From positions 2,286,394-2,350,393 of the forward strand of contig OY769938.1 of assembly GCA_963669295.1 (NCBI GenBank): DNA of 64,000 bases, read 5' to 3'. Both the position numbers and the translations under genes were made by a program. The notes under the pieces are model-generated. The model was not told the DNA's origin and ran no database searches. It saw only the letters and a program-made list of their open reading frames with translations. Origin of the DNA: Flavobacteriales bacterium (GTDB lineage: Bacteria > Bacteroidota > Bacteroidia > Flavobacteriales_D > CALLUQ01). This document shows positions 62,858 through 64,000 of the stretch, one piece after another; within the stretch, counting starts at the first letter, position 1; each line of letters opens with the position of its first letter.

Positions 62858-64000
62858 ATGAAACATGTTACACAACGTTTTGGGGGAGGTGTTACCCTTA
62901 CAAGTAAACTTAAAGCTGGATTGGTAAGTTGCTCCTTCCTTGTTTCCAGTTGTATTGCAACGGCACAAAGTTGCATTCAGGTAGGCACAAGCTTTGATGA
63001 AGAAAATGTTACTGAAGCGATTGCTACCAGTGATGGAGGAATGATGTTTTTAGGTTATTCATCTCCTAACGCTAATCAGATTTATTTGCGCAAGTTAAAT
63101 CAAAATGGGGGTGCCGTATGGGGCATGAACTATACAAGAGTTGGGCAGGGATTACACAATGAAGCTTACGATATATTGGAAGATAACCAGGGTAACTATG
63201 TCCTTGTAGGTGAAACAAATAACGGTTCGTTTACGAATGAACCAGCACCGCATATCATGCGTGTTAGTAGCACAGGAACCTTCGATTGGTCAACAAAAAT
63301 TACGGGAGATTGGGAGCGAGGGGAGTTGAAATCGGTAATTCAAACTAGCGATGATAACTATGTTGGGGTTGGTTACATAAAAAATCACTTTACTGGAGAT
63401 TATGATATTTACGTAGTGAAAGTAGATGGTAGTGGAAATGTGTTGTGGGATGCTTCTATTGGAGGAAGTGATGATGATTTTGGAAATAGCGTTGTAGTAA
63501 CTGATAATGGTGACTTACTCATTGCAGGAAGCACTACCTCCTTTTCAGGTGGGGGTTCATCAGACCTTTATATTACGTTGTTGAGTGGCGATGGTCAGCA
63601 ATTGCTGAATACTAAAACGCTGGGTGGTTCCAATAGCGAATCGACGAAAGCATTGTACAAAACATCAAATGGCTATGTGTTATTGGGGCAAACCAATTCT
63701 TTTGGTGCAGGGACATACGATGTATATGTAGTTTTTTTAAATGGAGGGGGAAACATACAATCGACAGCTACTATTGGCGATGACAACCTTAATTATGCCA
63801 CCAGTATGTTGAGAGTAAATAGCGGTTATTTAATTGGCGGTCGGCACGATGGCATCAATATCGACAGCGATATGTTCATTACGCACATCGATAATTCAGG
63901 AACCGTGTTGAGTTCAAAAACAGTAGGCCTTGATGATAAAACAGATATAGGAGGATATTTGGTGAAGTTGAATAATAATAGCATTTCAATGGTTGGCTCT
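62858..64000 (+). CDS. secreted repeat (beta-propeller-like) protein, 3'-truncated by the window end
   Basis: My own translation from ATG 62858 is open to the window end (381 codons). It has a signal peptide and recurring D(I/V)Y(V/I)VK(V)D..G..LW / GG...D.G motifs. Absent from the ORF track because no stop lies in the window. Confidence 0.65.
   Translation, partial: MKHVTQRFGGGVTLTSKLKAGLVSCSFLVSSCIATAQSCIQVGTSFDEENVTEAIATSDGGMMFLGYSSPNANQIYLRKLNQNGGAVWGMNYTRVGQGLHNEAYDILEDNQGNYVLVGETNNGSFTNEPAPHIMRVSSTGTFDWSTKITGDWERGELKSVIQTSDDNYVGVGYIKNHFTGDYDIYVVKVDGSGNVLWDASIGGSDDDFGNSVVVTDNGDLLIAGSTTSFSGGGSSDLYITLLSGDGQQLLNTKTLGGSNSESTKALYKTSNGYVLLGQTNSFGAGTYDVYVVFLNGGGNIQSTATIGDDNLNYATSMLRVNSGYLIGGRHDGINIDSDMFITHIDNSGTVLSSKTVGLDDKTDIGGYLVKLNNNSISMVGS

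Overview
The window looks like a Bacteroidota chromosomal segment. It has T9SS C-terminal sorting domains, TAnnTTTG-type -7 boxes, ECF sigma/anti-sigma pairs and no Shine-Dalgarno-style spacing. GC is roughly mid-40s % by my spot counts.

Left core (1-28.2 kb):
- Two ECF sigma/anti-sigma modules; the second anti-sigma is fused to a vWA/YfbK domain.
- A class-3 lipase, two tandem zinc-ribbon membrane paralogs and an FAD oxidoreductase.
- A small secreted protein with six YESQAD repeats.
- A 2076-aa alpha-2-macroglobulin with a CAEQ thioester motif.
- A 1154-aa T9SS cargo protein, a GT39-like membrane protein, a DUF4139-like protein and an OppA-type binding protein.
- Methylmalonyl-CoA epimerase and a HAD-mtnA-aldolase (methionine salvage-like) operon.

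Island (28305 to about 50983):
- At tRNA-Met(CAT) (28231-28304) the chromosome is interrupted by a ~22.7 kb AT-rich island, roughly low/mid-30s % GC by spot counts.
- It ends in an integrase/excisionase-like module and degenerate tRNA-3'-end scars.
- It carries a seven-gene minus-strand operon with overlapping ORFs: an XRE regulator, then DUF4007-like, giant P-loop ATPase and PAPS-reductase genes (an SspB/C/D-like DNA phosphorothioation module), then three uncharacterised genes (557 aa unknown, ORC/Cdc6-style AAA+ ATPase, PIN-like protein).
- A small ORF plus an 825-aa GHKL ATPase converge on this operon.
- I consider this cluster (28.6-40.4 kb) the best candidate for a new defence system.
- The island also encodes a compact protein with family-A/T7-like polymerase motifs, several small acidic or zinc-ribbon ORFs, a MORN/YwqK repeat protein and an AbiGi-like gene.

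Right core (51.5-64 kb):
- A TPR-HTH regulator, a BNR/Asp-box propeller protein and a DUF4157 zincin with a PG-binding and a caspase-like C-terminus.
- A SulP transporter, a PAP2 phosphatase, a TPR histidine kinase with a LytTR response regulator, and a partial secreted repeat protein.

All functional calls rest on motifs read by eye. No database search was run.
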